Assembly (NCBI GenBank): GCA_964016885.1
Contig: OZ024743.1
Coordinates: forward strand, 114,576,001-114,640,000
Direction: 5' to 3'
Length of the DNA stretch: 64,000 bases
Source: Eledone cirrhosa
Lineage: Eukaryota
The notes under the pieces were generated by a model that had not been told where the DNA came from, ran no database searches, and worked only from the letters and a program-made list of their open reading frames with translations. Below are positions 40,097 to 53,531 of the stretch, piece by piece. A program made the translations under genes and the position numbers. The stretch's first letter is position 1; each line of letters starts with the position of its first letter.

Positions 40097-40392
40097 AGTG
40101 AAATAAGATAACAAGGACGATTGGTTACTCCTTCATTACGTTTAGTGGTTGGTTACGTGCGTTTCGCCACTGATCAGCTCAAGGTTCGATCAGTATCGAT
40201 CTGACCCGACTCTGTAATCCGCGGCTCGTCAGACCCCTTGTAATTACAAGGGGTCTGACGAGTAACCAATCGTCCTTGTTATCTTATTTCACTATAATAC
40301 ATTCTAGCTCTACACATCGACACTGAAGTGAACCTAAACATTGAGTGCTCACCCGGGTGAACCTACAGTAACTCCAAGTTACACTCCCCGGA
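40097..40392. mobile_element. Fold-back element with hammerhead (deleted in the right arm) and tail
   Basis: Centre ttgtaa|ttacaa at ~40243. Minus-strand ggt CTGACGA gc...gc GAAA cgcacg TA acc. A decayed homologue lies at 24565-24660. Confidence 0.8.
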
Positions 40393-40398
40393 TATATA

Positions 40399-40452
<54 letters not shown>

Positions 40453-40460
<8 letters not shown>

Positions 40461-40630
40461 TAACATTAAAGTTTCAGAAGATCCCGTTAAGGGTGAAAGC
40501 AGCGATTCTTTGCTTAAACTTTAATCTGTTATTTTAATAAGTATTTGCTCTAGGGTTCTTATATATTTGATATATGTTTATCCTTACCGAGCCCTCTTTG
40601 GATTTTAGTCTTCACATTTATTATTATTAC

Positions 40631-40631
<1 letters not shown>
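40453..40631 (+). mobile_element. Mini-copy of the 4861 PLE pLTR with variant hammerhead and full tail
   Basis: AGTTT CAGAAGA tccc gttaa gggt GAAA gca..tgc TT AAACT at 40470-40520. Confidence 0.85.
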
Positions 40632-40686
<55 letters not shown>

Positions 40687-40689
<3 letters not shown>

Positions 40690-40840
40690 GGTGTCCCAAA
40701 AATGTATACACATATTTATTAGAATGCTGTTGAAATGTGTATGCATTTTTTGGGGACACCATATATATTACATATATAGTGTGACCCCAAACATGTATAC
40801 ACATTTGTTAGAATGCTGTTGAAGTGTATACTGGGACACC

Positions 40841-40843
<3 letters not shown>
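40687..40843. mobile_element. Two tandem Tc1-like MITEs
   Basis: CAGGGTGTCCCA...TGGGACACCCTG termini with an internally duplicated ~75 bp unit. Confidence 0.75.
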
Positions 40844-40885
<42 letters not shown>

Positions 40886-42630
40886 TATATTTCTAGAGGA
40901 GGTTTATATAAAGACACAGGAAGAAATCGATAAATTTACGATCTGGAAATTTCGCCAGCTGTGTCAAAAGTAAAGTAATGAATTGGTGGACAATAAAAAT
41001 CAAAATTTAAGATAAAGTGTCTCGTAAAATGCTACAATAACTTTTCTTGTGCTGCAATAAATTACGAATATTTCACATGATATAAGAGCTGCGACAGAAA
41101 GTGAGAAGGGGAGAAAGATAAACAAGAGAGAGAGAGAGAAACAGGAAAGAGAGAGAGAGAGATTGATAGATAGAGATAAACCTATACTTACACATATACA
41201 TATATATCGAGAGAGAAAGAAATGGAGAAAGAGCGCGAGGGAGAGAAAATGAGAAAACGTGGGGGAGAGCTATAAATAAAGAAGCAAAAAGAAAGATATA
41301 TATATATATATATATTTTAATATCAAAAAGCTTTTCTATATTAAAACATTTATACTCTGCTATGTATTGAGTACCTTACTTACTGTGGTTACACCCGATT
41401 CAACCGGAATAACTTATATATATAGTCCAGAAATAGCCGTCGAAACGGCTTGAGCTCTGCCGTCGGGGTCAAACATTTTCCTATATATATATATATATGA
41501 ATAAAGTTAGTCCTTCATCAGTGATCTTCCAATCATCATTGGTATTTCATAGAGAGAGAGAGCGATAGATAGAGATAGACGTAAGTAGAGATAGATAGCT
41601 GAAGAGGGAGAAAGAGGAGTGGCTCGGAGTAGGCAGTTAAGATTTCACTGAGTAGACTCCACTGTTCCATTCATCATTTGGTGTATATTTATATTCCTAA
41701 TACAATTTGAACACAAAAGAAATATAATGAAAAACTAAAAGGAATGTCAGATCTATAACATTAGTTATAGGTCTGCTTGATTGCGGCTGACCTACGGTTA
41801 AATAGCAGCAAAACAAGTTAGAAAAAATGTCTTAAGACATAAATAACAAATAATCAGATATATTGTGAACATATTTGATTATATTTATTACAATATATTT
41901 CTCGTGCTAATTTAGCGAAATCTTGCCCCCCACCAAGAAGAAGTCGAACTGCGTGAATTCATTCATAAATATATATTTACACAAACTCTTTTCAACTGAG
42001 GCCCTTACGATTCTGTCAATAGCCATTTGCCAAGCAACTAAAACAACAAAAGATATCTCCGTAGATTATAAATTATCATAAGATATAACATTTTCCATTT
42101 GTGTTTATATTAATATAAATATTTATTTTGTTTTTGTTATATCAAAGTCTACATTTATGTTAAATTCAAATCTATATTGAAATATATATTATATTAAGCT
42201 TTATATTAAATACAAATCTAAATTCAAATTTATATAATATCTAAGCCTATGTTTAAGTTTATCTTATATTCATGTCAATGTTCATATTTATATTCATGTA
42301 TTATTGCATTAAAATATATTTTAAATATATTCAAGTCTCAACGCATTTGAAGTTTTTTTTTAATATAAATATATTCAAATCTATATTATATTCTAGTCTA
42401 TATTACATTAATGTATATATTATACCCAAGTCTATTTAAGTCAATAATATATTAATATCTCTATTATATTTATGTCTACATTATATTCACGTCTCTACTA
42501 TATTCTAGAATCTAGGCTATAATATAAACAAGTTTGAGGGCGGTAGATTGACAGCTTCGTTATAGCGTCGAAGAAAAGCTTCACACTATATTTCAGCTCT
42601 TTACTTTCTGAGTTTAAATCATACCGAGGT

Positions 42631-42817
42631 CAGACCTGTCAACTCTCCCCGTCAGACGAGGAGTTGTCCCACCCTCTTTGGGATGGGTGAGAGATGTCTT
42701 CTCTTATGAAAATGAGTATAGCTTTGTAAAATCTCTCAATTTTGCCTCATTTCTCCCCGTTTTGGGGTACTTTTTTATGGTACTCTCCGTTTAGATGTTT
42801 AGAGGTTGGCTGGTCTG
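42631..42817. mobile_element. MITE inserted into a SINE (42538-42935)
   Basis: cgaggt|cagacctgtcaac...gttggctggtctg|tgaggt. Confidence 0.7.
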
Positions 42818-42970
42818 TGAGGTGGCCTTTTATTCTTCCATGTTTGATAAAATAATGTACTAATTAAGTTCTGAGGCCAATATTACCGACTTCCTCTTCC
42901 CTCGAATTTCTTGTTTTGCATCAATGTTAGAAATAAAGAATGTAATATAAAAGTTTATAATATATACTAG

Positions 42971-43220
42971 GAAGGTATGTTGGCTTGTGGTTAAGGTGTT
43001 TTAATTACGTTCACAATGTCATCGGTTCAATTTCTGGTCCAACTGGCATGTGTTTTTGAGCAAAACACTTCTCTTCCTCGTACTCCAGAATACCCAGTTG
43101 AAAATGAATGCCTACAATAGACGTGGGGTAACCGCGTGATGGACTGACATCCTGTCCATGGAAAGGCTTGTACTTTCAGTCGCTTAAAATTCAATGAAAC
43201 CGGGATAAGCTCTGGTTCTT
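42971..43220 (+). mobile_element. Second tRNA-SINE family (V-domain-like tail)
   Basis: tRNA head, ttgagcaaaacactt core and gatggactgacatcctgtcc...gaaaccgggataag tail. Related pieces at 29780-29860 (-) and 50535-50651 (-). Confidence 0.65.
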
Positions 43221-43377
43221 GAAGAAACTACACTCATTTTTGTCTATATTATATATATATCTATATATTATATTCAAGTCTAAATTATATTGAAGTCTAT
43301 ATTACATTCTAATGTATAATATACTCAGGTCTTTACATGTCTATATTTATTCTAGTTTGAATTATATTCAAGTCTAT

Positions 43378-45096
43378 CTATCTATCTAAGGCGGGTAAAA
43401 TTCCCGAGATCCATGGACGAGTTCTCTCCAGCGGTCTCTGTCCCTCATTATCGCTGCCATATCCTGCATCTCCAACAGACCAGTGTCTGTCCTTAGGGCA
43501 TCAACATATGTTAACCTTGGTCTTCCTCTTCTAGTGTGTCCATGTAGGGGCTCCCAAAGGAGCACTGAGTGCAATGTCAACTCTGGTTGTCGGTGAGCAT
43601 GTCCAGCCAACCTCAGTCTCCTCTGTGTCACGTTTGAGCTGACTTTTGGGATGCTCCCATACAGCTCTGAGTTTTTCATCCTCAGTGTATACTGATTAAT
43701 GTTCAGAGCCATCCTCAGCATTCTCGTGTAGCACCCATCCACCATCTGAGTGAGTTTCTTGGTCAGTGTCCAAGTCTCAGACCCATACAGCAGCACAGAC
43801 TCCACTACAGCAATGAAGAGGCGGATTTTCAGGTCTCTACGAAGGTCCGACTTCCACACCAATCTCAAGCTGTGGCACGCCGCCCAGGCCTTGCTCTTCC
43901 TCTCAACCACATCATCCTCCGTATTCCCAATCTTTGCTCCCAAATACAGGAAGTCCTCAACCAATTCCAGCGGCTTCCCGCCTACATTAGTGATCCCCTC
44001 TGGCTTCTCAACATTCTCTACCAGATATTTTGTTTTAGTCTCATTCATTCTCAGCCCCACACTCATCGACACAGTCTCAACCTCCCGCATCAAATCCTCT
44101 GCCTCCTTCACTGTATTTGTCACCAAAACTATGTCGTCGGCAAATTCAGCATCCGATACCTTTTTCGCCCCAACTCTCCTGCTCTGAGCTGGTGCTACAG
44201 TAAAGCCAGAGTCCTGGTGTTTCTCCAGTGCAAGGCGCATACAATAGTCCACTACGATGATAAAACGGTAGGGAGCCAATGTATCTCCCTGGAGCACTCC
44301 AGCCAGTATCTCAAAGAACTCTGTCATCCCATCAGGTGTAATGACTTGGGCTTTGGTGTTGGTGTAGAGCAGTGATATTAGGTCCACTATCCTCTTGGGG
44401 ATTCCATAAGCCTGTAAGATCTTCATCAGGCAGTAACGGTCCACAGAATCAAAGGCCTTCCTAAAGTCAATGAAAACCATGACCGCAGGAAGGCACTTTG
44501 CTCTAGCTCCCTCTAATATCCTCCTCAGCATCATGATGTGACTGGTGGTTGATCTACCCTCTCTGAAGCCGTTCTGGTTGTCCCTGAGCTTCTTCTCAAT
44601 CTCAGGCTGGATCCTGTTAAGAATCATCCTGTTGAGGGTCTTTGCCACAAGTGACGTCAGTGAGATCCCCCGGTAGTTGTTGGTGTTAGAGAGATCTCCC
44701 TTCTTTGGCACTGGGACGATGTTACTGATCCTCCACTGATTCGGGGCAACTCCTTTCAACCCCGTTACAGAACCCCAGGATGATATCATCAAAATCACAC
44801 CTCTTAATCACCTCTGATGCCACTCCATCTTCTCCATGAGCCTTGCCCTCCTTGATCTTCTTCTTGGCTCTCTGAAGCTCCTCTCTGGTGAAGGGCTCTG
44901 TCTCAACATCCAGTTCCTCAAACAGCTGCCTGATCTCCCCAGTGCTCTGGGCTGTGGAGGGTGGCGCTCCTAGTAGGGTCCTAAAATGGTCTAGCCATTT
45001 CCTCTTCCTATCCTCGGGCCCCGTTCCCTGGATCTGACTCGAACACCTTTTCTTCCTCCCTGTGATCTCGTTGATGATCATCCAGCTCTCCTTACA
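43378..45096 (-). mobile_element. 5'-truncated RTE-clade LINE with (TAGA)n tail and 10 bp TSD
   Basis: TSD TCAAGTCTAT at 43368-43377 and 45097-45106. One frameshift near 44760. Confidence 0.9.
43386..45081 (-). pseudogene. RTE reverse transcriptase (frameshifted, 5'-truncated)
   Basis: PVPKKGDL..TNNYRGISL, QNGFREGRST, FIDFRKAFDSV, GVLQGDTLAP, FADD, FLYLG, LLYGSETW, RRLRLAGH, RRGRP. Confidence 0.95.
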
Positions 45097-45974
45097 TCAA
45101 GTCTATATTTTATTAAAGTCTAAGATAAAGTCTATTTTATTTCTAAATCTATATTAAAGTCCATAATACATCCCTCTATATTATATAACGACTATAATAT
45201 ATTCTTGACTATATAAGTCTAAATTGAAGTTTATTATATTCATGTCTATATTACATTCATTTTTATGTTATATTCATGTTTATATTTAAGTCTATAGTAC
45301 AGTCAAGACAATATTATATTTAAGACTATATAAAAATCTTGGCTCTTACCGCTCTTGTTTTCTTCAATCCGTCCATCATGTATTGTTTTTCTTAATATCT
45401 CCTTAAACCAAACAATAAAATAAATAGGATTTTATCATTGCCGATCAATATTTATGCTTTAGTACTTAATATTTTTTCTAATGTGTCTTTCACCTTAAAA
45501 CACTCCGAATAAGTGTAGTCTTGTTGTTGTTATCGTACTTCTTCTTCATCATCTTATTATTATCGCCATTTGTTTTGAGCTGACATGTTCGTATTTGCTT
45601 GTGTAAGTTTGTCTTTTTCACTTGTTTTCAACGACTTTTTTTTGCAATTTATTTTTTATGTAACAGACTGTTTATGGGATGTCATTGACCCAAATATTGT
45701 ATTTTCTTCTTTGAGAAGCACAGAAAAATTGGAGGTAAAACCCCCTCCCCATCCATGTACCAGAGCACAAACATTTCTCAAGAGAAAAGTGTGCGTATTT
45801 TCAGTATGTCAGATGTCGAGCTGAATGTAAATTATGCCACCAACACACCGACTAACAATAACACCTGTACTGACACTGCCACCACCACTATCAACAACAA
45901 CGTCAATAGTAACAGCAACAACGGCAACGACAACAATAACAGCAGAAATGACAAGACCTCAAAACAAACAGGAG

Positions 45975-47500
45975 CCGCCCAAGCGATATTATCTTTCGCG
46001 AAGGCTGTCATAAATGTAGAAAGAATCCACGTTAGCGACATGGAGATGAGGGAAGCCATGCTTTTGGTCAAGGAGAACGTCCACACGGTCAGCCTCGCCC
46101 ATCCAATTTGTAGTGGCATGGTAACTGACGTGCTAGCGGCGAGAATGGCATTAGACAATTTCCTTAATGCGAAACACGAAGGCTGCATTGTCAGAGCTAT
46201 GTCGCGTGCTCTAAGAAACGAGGGAACCAAAACTGTTCGGTGGGGCCGCATGGCAGAAGTGCAGCGTAGTAACAAAACCCACAATTCGGTTATTGACGGA
46301 TCGAGACGGAGGCGAGCTGAACGATTCCAGGCAGATGTGTATAGCTTTTCGCCAGCACTGTGAACGGCTGTTCGCGGAATGTGGGGGGTCGTAGACGGTG
46401 GAGGGCTTTAGTCCTTACCTCGGTGGCCTATGCTGAGCTCTGCAAAAGGTGGAAGTCACTTGGTTTGGGTGGTCTGCCTTACGAGCTTTACGTAGGTAGA
46501 TATACCAGACTTGTTCTCCGACCTCCTCAAAGCGCTCTTCTACTGCAACTGGCAGCAGAATGAGGGATTCCCAGTTCTGTGAGCTGGGGTGTAGTGACGC
46601 TGATGAGGAAAGATGAGAACAAGAAGGATACGTTAGAAAACTTCAGACCCATAACTCTGCTGAACACAGAGTTTAAGATTTTGGCCAAGGTGTTATCGAA
46701 GAGGTTGGCGTTTGTCGTCGGAGATTTGGTAGGGGAGGCGTAAAATTGCGCAATCCCGACCATGTCCATACACGAGAACCTCCACCTCATGCGATACATC
46801 ATAAAGCAGGTATAGTATAAACCTGGCTTCGATGGGGTTCTGATAAATTTAGATCAATCGAATGTTTTCGATAGATTCGACCATCGATACTAATGACGTG
46901 TGGAGTTATGTCGAACAGCTGTTGTCGCGTGGAGAACAGATCCAACTATCGACCGAGTCCATAGTGAAGATCGCCCCACCACCTTTTTTTTTCGGGAAGG
47001 GCAGGCAATTTTCCTCTGCCTAGTGGTGGTAGCAAAAGTGGTTGTGTGGTGGAAGGTTGAAAGGACTGAAGACAGACACTTTTGTCTTCGGTCAATCCTT
47101 CATTGACTCTTTCAAGTTTCACTTACAAAGAAGGTGAGGGTGGAGAGAGAAGTGTTGTTCCCCCACCCAGTACATTTGCTAAAAGGTGGGTGAATGTGGC
47201 GAGAATGGCCCATGTGAATGAGCCTGTGCTTGTAGGCTGGTTAATTAGAGGAGTAGAGGAGCGCCTTTCTCGTGTTCCCTCGAAACGTCGGGTGGTTTAG
47301 GATTGGTGGGATACCTGAGTCGCTCTGGGTGGTTAACTCCCTATTGGGAATGTAATTTGACATTATTTTATTATTGTTTTTTATATATTTTACACGTTGC
47401 ATATGTAAACTCCCCACTTTCCTTGTCTTTGTATTGTCCCCTATATGTTGGCCTTTGTTGCCAAAAAGTGAAACAATTATTATTATTATTATTATTATTA
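45975..47500 (+). mobile_element. Decayed Tx1/L1-like LINE
   Basis: KSLGLGGLPYELY, ENFRPITLLNTEFKILAKVLSKRL, IHENLHLMRYI and LDQSNVFDRFDH, with stops and deletions and an (att)n tail. Confidence 0.85.
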
Positions 47501-48028
47501 CATTCTCAGTTAGCTTTGCCTTTCATCCTTACAGGGTCAATAACATATAATACCAGTAATGCCCTAGGGTCGATTTAATTGAATTTCCTTTTCCCAAAAA
47601 ATTGTTGGCCTTCTTCCTAAATCAGAAAGGTTTATTATTATTAATTTATATTTTTTCTTGTTAAAATGATTGAGAGTTTTTCATGACACTTACTTTAAAG
47701 AAAACTTAATGCGTTTATTTACTTTGCAATTTCTCCTTTAATTTCCTGTACTAGTTCAAACAAAATCACGGGAGGTTCCACAAACAAAATGTCTCTGAAC
47801 AAGTTATAATAGAACTATATTTTTTAGAGAAAATGCTTCTTATTGGTCGTGCGTGTCTTTTAGTCAGCTCAAATGAAAAACGCCTCAATGGTGATTGTCT
47901 AATATGTTTTCTCAGCAGAGTTCATTCACCATAATATCATCCAGTGATGTCCTTTATCATAAGAGAGTAGGCTGTGATTCCAGGGAGGGTGGACAGCCTT
48001 TTCTTGCAGGTCACCCTATCGTATAGAG

Positions 48029-48261
48029 CAGAGGTTCTGAAAGTGGGCGCTACCGTTCCCCGGGGATTGTTGAGAAGGTCCAGGGGGCGGGAAAGATGAT
48101 ATATATTATGTATAACTTGTAAAATAAAAAAAATATATAATATTTATTTATACATAGTATAATTTGCGTGTAGGCAGGTCTCTCTGGAAATAGGGTTGGG
48201 GGAGCTGAAGGTATTACGTGGCTCTGAGGGGGTGGTGGCCCCAAAAGTTTGAAAACCTCTG
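48029..48261. mobile_element. hAT (Charlie-like) MITE
   Basis: CAGAGGTT...AACCTCTG termini with a perfect 8 bp TSD GTATAGAG. Confidence 0.9.
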
Positions 48262-48866
48262 GTATAGAGAAATCCTCATGAACTCAATAGAAGAAAGTAA
48301 GGTTTGAGAGTCAGTGATACTTGCAGTTCGGAAGAGCATTGAAAACAAAAGTAAATTTAAAAGTAATAATAACACTTTAACCGTTATACGCAACTACATT
48401 GAATGCTCTATGCTTCGTGAGGTTGCTTTATGCTCTACAACATTCAACCAATATATATCAGGCACTAACTAGGCTTTAGGTAGATCCTTTAGAAGGTGAT
48501 GGATAGAGAGAAGTAAAGAAAGGAGTGAATGACGAGGAAGGGGAAAAGAATGAAATGGAAAATAGAATCATTATATTGTTTTTCTTAAGCCTACAAACTA
48601 TATATTTGAAGGAGAGAGATAGAAAGAGATATTTGTGAAAGATATATATATACATATATATATACGAGATATCTTTCATAAATCTCTCTCTGTCATTTGC
48701 ATATACCGCTTATAGGTTTGAAGAGGACTGGTAATCTTTCTATTTTCCATTTCATTGTTTTGCTCTCACTCATCTTTTCTTTTCCTCTCCTCTTCCCTCT
48801 CTTTCTCACTCTTACTCTCATCACCCTATATATATATATATATTTTATATATATATATATTAAATA

Positions 48867-48906
<40 letters not shown>

Positions 48907-48916
48907 TATTTATATA

Positions 48917-48962
<46 letters not shown>

Positions 48963-48964
48963 TA

Positions 48965-49072
<108 letters not shown>

Positions 49073-49094
49073 TATTTAATATATATATATATAT

Positions 49095-50020
49095 ATTGTT
49101 ATACTTTGGGAGGGTCATGTTGCCAATAAGAAACACACGCACCAGTCGCTTTCACTTCAATTTATTATAATAAATTCATTAATTTTGGAATTTATAAATT
49201 TCCGGTTGGTTGGTTGGTTCCACAACCAGGTAATTGTTTATATATTGTCAAAGTTCTTTCGTCACACATTCTGTGACCTCTTCAGTGACTGAGGATTCTT
49301 TTCTTTGTTTTTGTGCCTCTCCTTTGTTCTGTCCTACGCCATCTTGTTTTTTTTGTGTGTGTCGTGTGCTTAGTTTGCGCATTTGTTACATCCGGGTGTC
49401 TGTGTGTGTTTATATTCGTTTATTTATTTGTTTATTTACATGTTACTGGTTGGTTGTTTGTTCTATGTGCGTGTGTGTTTTCATATTGTCCTTAATTGTA
49501 AGTTGTGATGTTGCTGTTCTGTTGCTGTTCAGCAACATCACAACTTACAATTAAGGACAAAAGGAAAATACACACGCGCATAGAGCAAACAACCAACCAG
49601 TAACATGTAAATAAACAAATAAATAAACGAATATAAACACACACAGACACCCGGATGTAACACATGCGCAAACTAAGCACACAACACACAAAAAAACAAC
49701 AACATGGCGTAGGACAGAACAAAGGAGAGGCACAAAAACAAAGAAAAGAATCCCCAGTCTCTGAAGAGGTCACAGAATGTGTGACGAAAGAACTTTGACA
49801 ATATATAAACAATCATCTCGTTGTGGAACCAACCAACCAACCAACCAACCAACCGGAAATTTATAAATTCCTAAATTTATAAGTTTAGTATAATAAATTG
49901 AAGTGAAAGCAACTGGTGCATGTGTTTCTTATTGGCAACATGACCCTCCCAAAGTATAACAATATCGGTTTCAACACACGTTTTCAGATAAAGAACTTGC
50001 TAAACAAATTCAGAAACGAA

Positions 50021-50021
<1 letters not shown>
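49095..50021. mobile_element. Palindromic PLE pLTR pair with hammerheads and 56 nt tail
   Basis: ~420 bp arms centred at 49517-49529. HHR cores at 49761-49800 (+) and ~49247-49289 (-). Confidence 0.9.
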
Positions 50022-50051
<30 letters not shown>

Positions 50052-50717
50052 TATAATATATATATATATAATGTATATATAAAAATAACAAAATAAGATG
50101 CTGAGGTTACATATATCGTTTAAACATTATAATTATGTCCATGGTTCTCCATGCAATCGACATGTCCTTCATGCATTTGCTGTTGATTATTAGAACGGTA
50201 TCCTTAGATGAAAATAGATATGTTTGATATGTCGCTGGCAGGAAAAACACACGTCCTATTGCTTGTTTGTCCAACAGACATATGAGTTCCTTGAAGGGTT
50301 TGCCAGCCGTCATGTTTGATAGAAAATTTAATATATATAATATATATATATTTAATGTATTTAATATATATAGTATATATATATATTTAATATACATAAT
50401 AATAATAATAATAATAATATATATATATATATATATGGAACGATCGACTTTCGTCAAATCGGACCGACGGAACAATGTTTCCGTTGGTCTTTCCAATTGC
50501 TAATACTATCTATCGGTCGCAACTCCAGGTAGAAGGAGCAACGTGAAATAAAGTGTCTTGCTCAAGGACATAACGCATCGCCTGGTCCAGGAATCGAACT
50601 CACAACCTTACGATTGCGAATCCAATTCCCTAACCACTCAGCCACACGCCTTCATTGAATATATATATTGAATATATATAATATATATATATATATATTG
50701 AATATATATATAATATA

Positions 50718-51436
<719 letters not shown>

Positions 51437-51450
51437 ATATATATATATAT

Positions 51451-52214
51451 ATTAGAAAGATCGAGTATCGAAAAATCGGCGCACGAGTTCACGATAAACG
51501 AGATTCGACATGAGCGGCAGAGGGCTCAATAATTCAGATGAATCAGAGCTATAACTATCGTTAAAATACCGTCACATATAGAACAAGTCTACAATCAACC
51601 ATACGATATAAAATCGATAAAGGAAGATTCGGGACAAACAGATAAAAAATATCAATAAAACAATACGTCAATAATTTAAATGAATGTAAAATCATACCCG
51701 GACCCACTAGACAGGTGTTAAATCTAGCTTCATGGGTTTCTGTAAATCCTTAGACTGTACTCTATCAGCTCACATATAAATATAAAAGCCTACTAGAGCA
51801 AGCGGAACGGAGTTTTACTTTCTCAACGAGCTTTTTTCCTGGCGGTAGAGGAGCTAACTACCAGTGAAAAACGCACATGGCATTAGACAAGGGAGATAAC
51901 CCCTATATCCGCGAAAACAATTCGAGTGAATGTGGAAATACACATATCGAATTAGAGTGCTCAATAGACATGTTAAAATAAAACAAAAGCTATTCATCAC
52001 TCAATAGAATCGACAAAAAATGAGCAATAAAATTAACTGGTGGATAGCTATGTCCAGAGCTAAATATATTAGAAAGATCGAGTATCGAAAAATCGGCGCA
52101 CGAGTTCACGATAAACGAGATTCGACATGAGCGGCAGAGGGCTCAATAATTCAGATGAATCAGAGCTATAACTATCGTTAAAATACCGTCACATATAGAA
52201 CAAGTCTACAATCT
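51451..52214 (-). mobile_element. 617 bp unit with 146 bp terminal direct repeat, in TA
   Basis: 51451-51596 is identical to 52068-52213. No ORF. Confidence 0.75.
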
Positions 52215-53286
52215 ATATATATATATATATGTAAAGTTATATTTAAAATTGTTGGGTTACAACTAGTAAATATTTATAACTGATATAAAAGCACTCGACA
52301 AATATTTGGAGTATATTTACAATATTAAATAAATGGAAAACTATATTTATAAAACCATATTTATTTCATTATATATATTTCGGGGATATCATATTAACAA
52401 TATGCTATGCCTTCATCAGACAAAATACAATATAAACAGTTTTATAGATAAATATATTCGACATACCGTAATAAACATCAACTTCATTTGAAGAGGTTTA
52501 CGCTAGCAGTGAAAATACAGAGAGAAAGAAAGAGAGAAAGAAAAGAGGGAAAAAAAAGAAAGAAAGAAAGACAAAACGAAGAAAAGGAAGAAAAAGAAGA
52601 AAAAGAAAAAGAAGAAATGCATGGGACAAAATAGAAATGCATGGGACATAAACATATGAATTTTTTAAAACTAAACATAAGATAATGAATTTTCACACAT
52701 TGTGAATACTTGTTTCATTCAGGAATACTGATATTTACAATATAGTGTAAGTTTTATAAATACTAATACATTAAAACATAGGGTTTTCTACGCCTCGAAT
52801 ATGTCTGGCTATTTTTAAATTATTTTTTTTTCTCTCTCTATATCTCTCTATATCTCTCTATATATCTCCCTTACATTAATACTTGAGCTAAATAAATAAA
52901 TAAATAAATGAATAAATAAATAAATGTATCATTGATACACTTACTCAAAATGACCTCCCACTACCTAATTTTCTATATATATATATGTATCTATCTCTAT
53001 TTCCTCTCTCTCTCTATATATATATCTCTTTCTGTCTCTTTACATGAAGCTCTTCGCTTTATCTATTTTTCCATCTCTCTATTTTGTCCCATGCATTTCT
53101 TCTTTTTCTTTTTCTTCTTTTTCTTCCTTTTCTTCGTTTTGTCTTTCTTTCTTTCTTTTTTTTCCCCTCTTTTCTTTCTCTCTTTCTTTCTCTCTGTATT
53201 TTCACTGCTAGCGTAAACCTCTTCAAATGAAGTTGATGTTTATTACGGTATGTCGAATATATTTATCTATAAAACTGTTTATATTG

Positions 53287-53352
53287 TATTTTGTCTGATG
53301 AAGGCATAGCATATTGTTAATATGATATCCCCGAAATATATATAATGAAATA
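53287..53352 (+). ncRNA. Type I hammerhead ribozyme in the 5' pLTR (copies at 57255-57320 + and 52362-52427 -)
   Basis: TATTTTGT CTGATGA agg...cccc GAAA tatata TA^ATGAAATA. 8 bp stem I and predicted cleavage after 53344. Confidence 0.85.
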
Positions 53353-53531
53353 AATATGGTTTTATAAATATAGTTTTCCATTTATTTAATATTGTAAATA
53401 TACTCCAAATATTTGTCGAGTGCTTTTATATCAGTTATAAATATTTACTAGTTATAACCCAACAATTTTAAATATAACTTTACATGTATCTTGCTCCAAT
53501 ACTGTTGAGCGCTTTATATTATAACTGAAAA

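Larger units (their letters stand above)
42130..45330. repeat. Degenerate ~17 bp satellite (aagtctatattatattc), interrupted by SINEs, a MITE and an RTE LINE
   Basis: Units are visible at 42130-42530, 43240-43375 and 45097-45330. Confidence 0.7.

Noticed and set aside
45755-46363. 202 aa Asn-rich ORF as a host gene
   Set aside because: It is an (AAC)-rich tract fused to decayed Tx1/L1-like ORF2 sequence.
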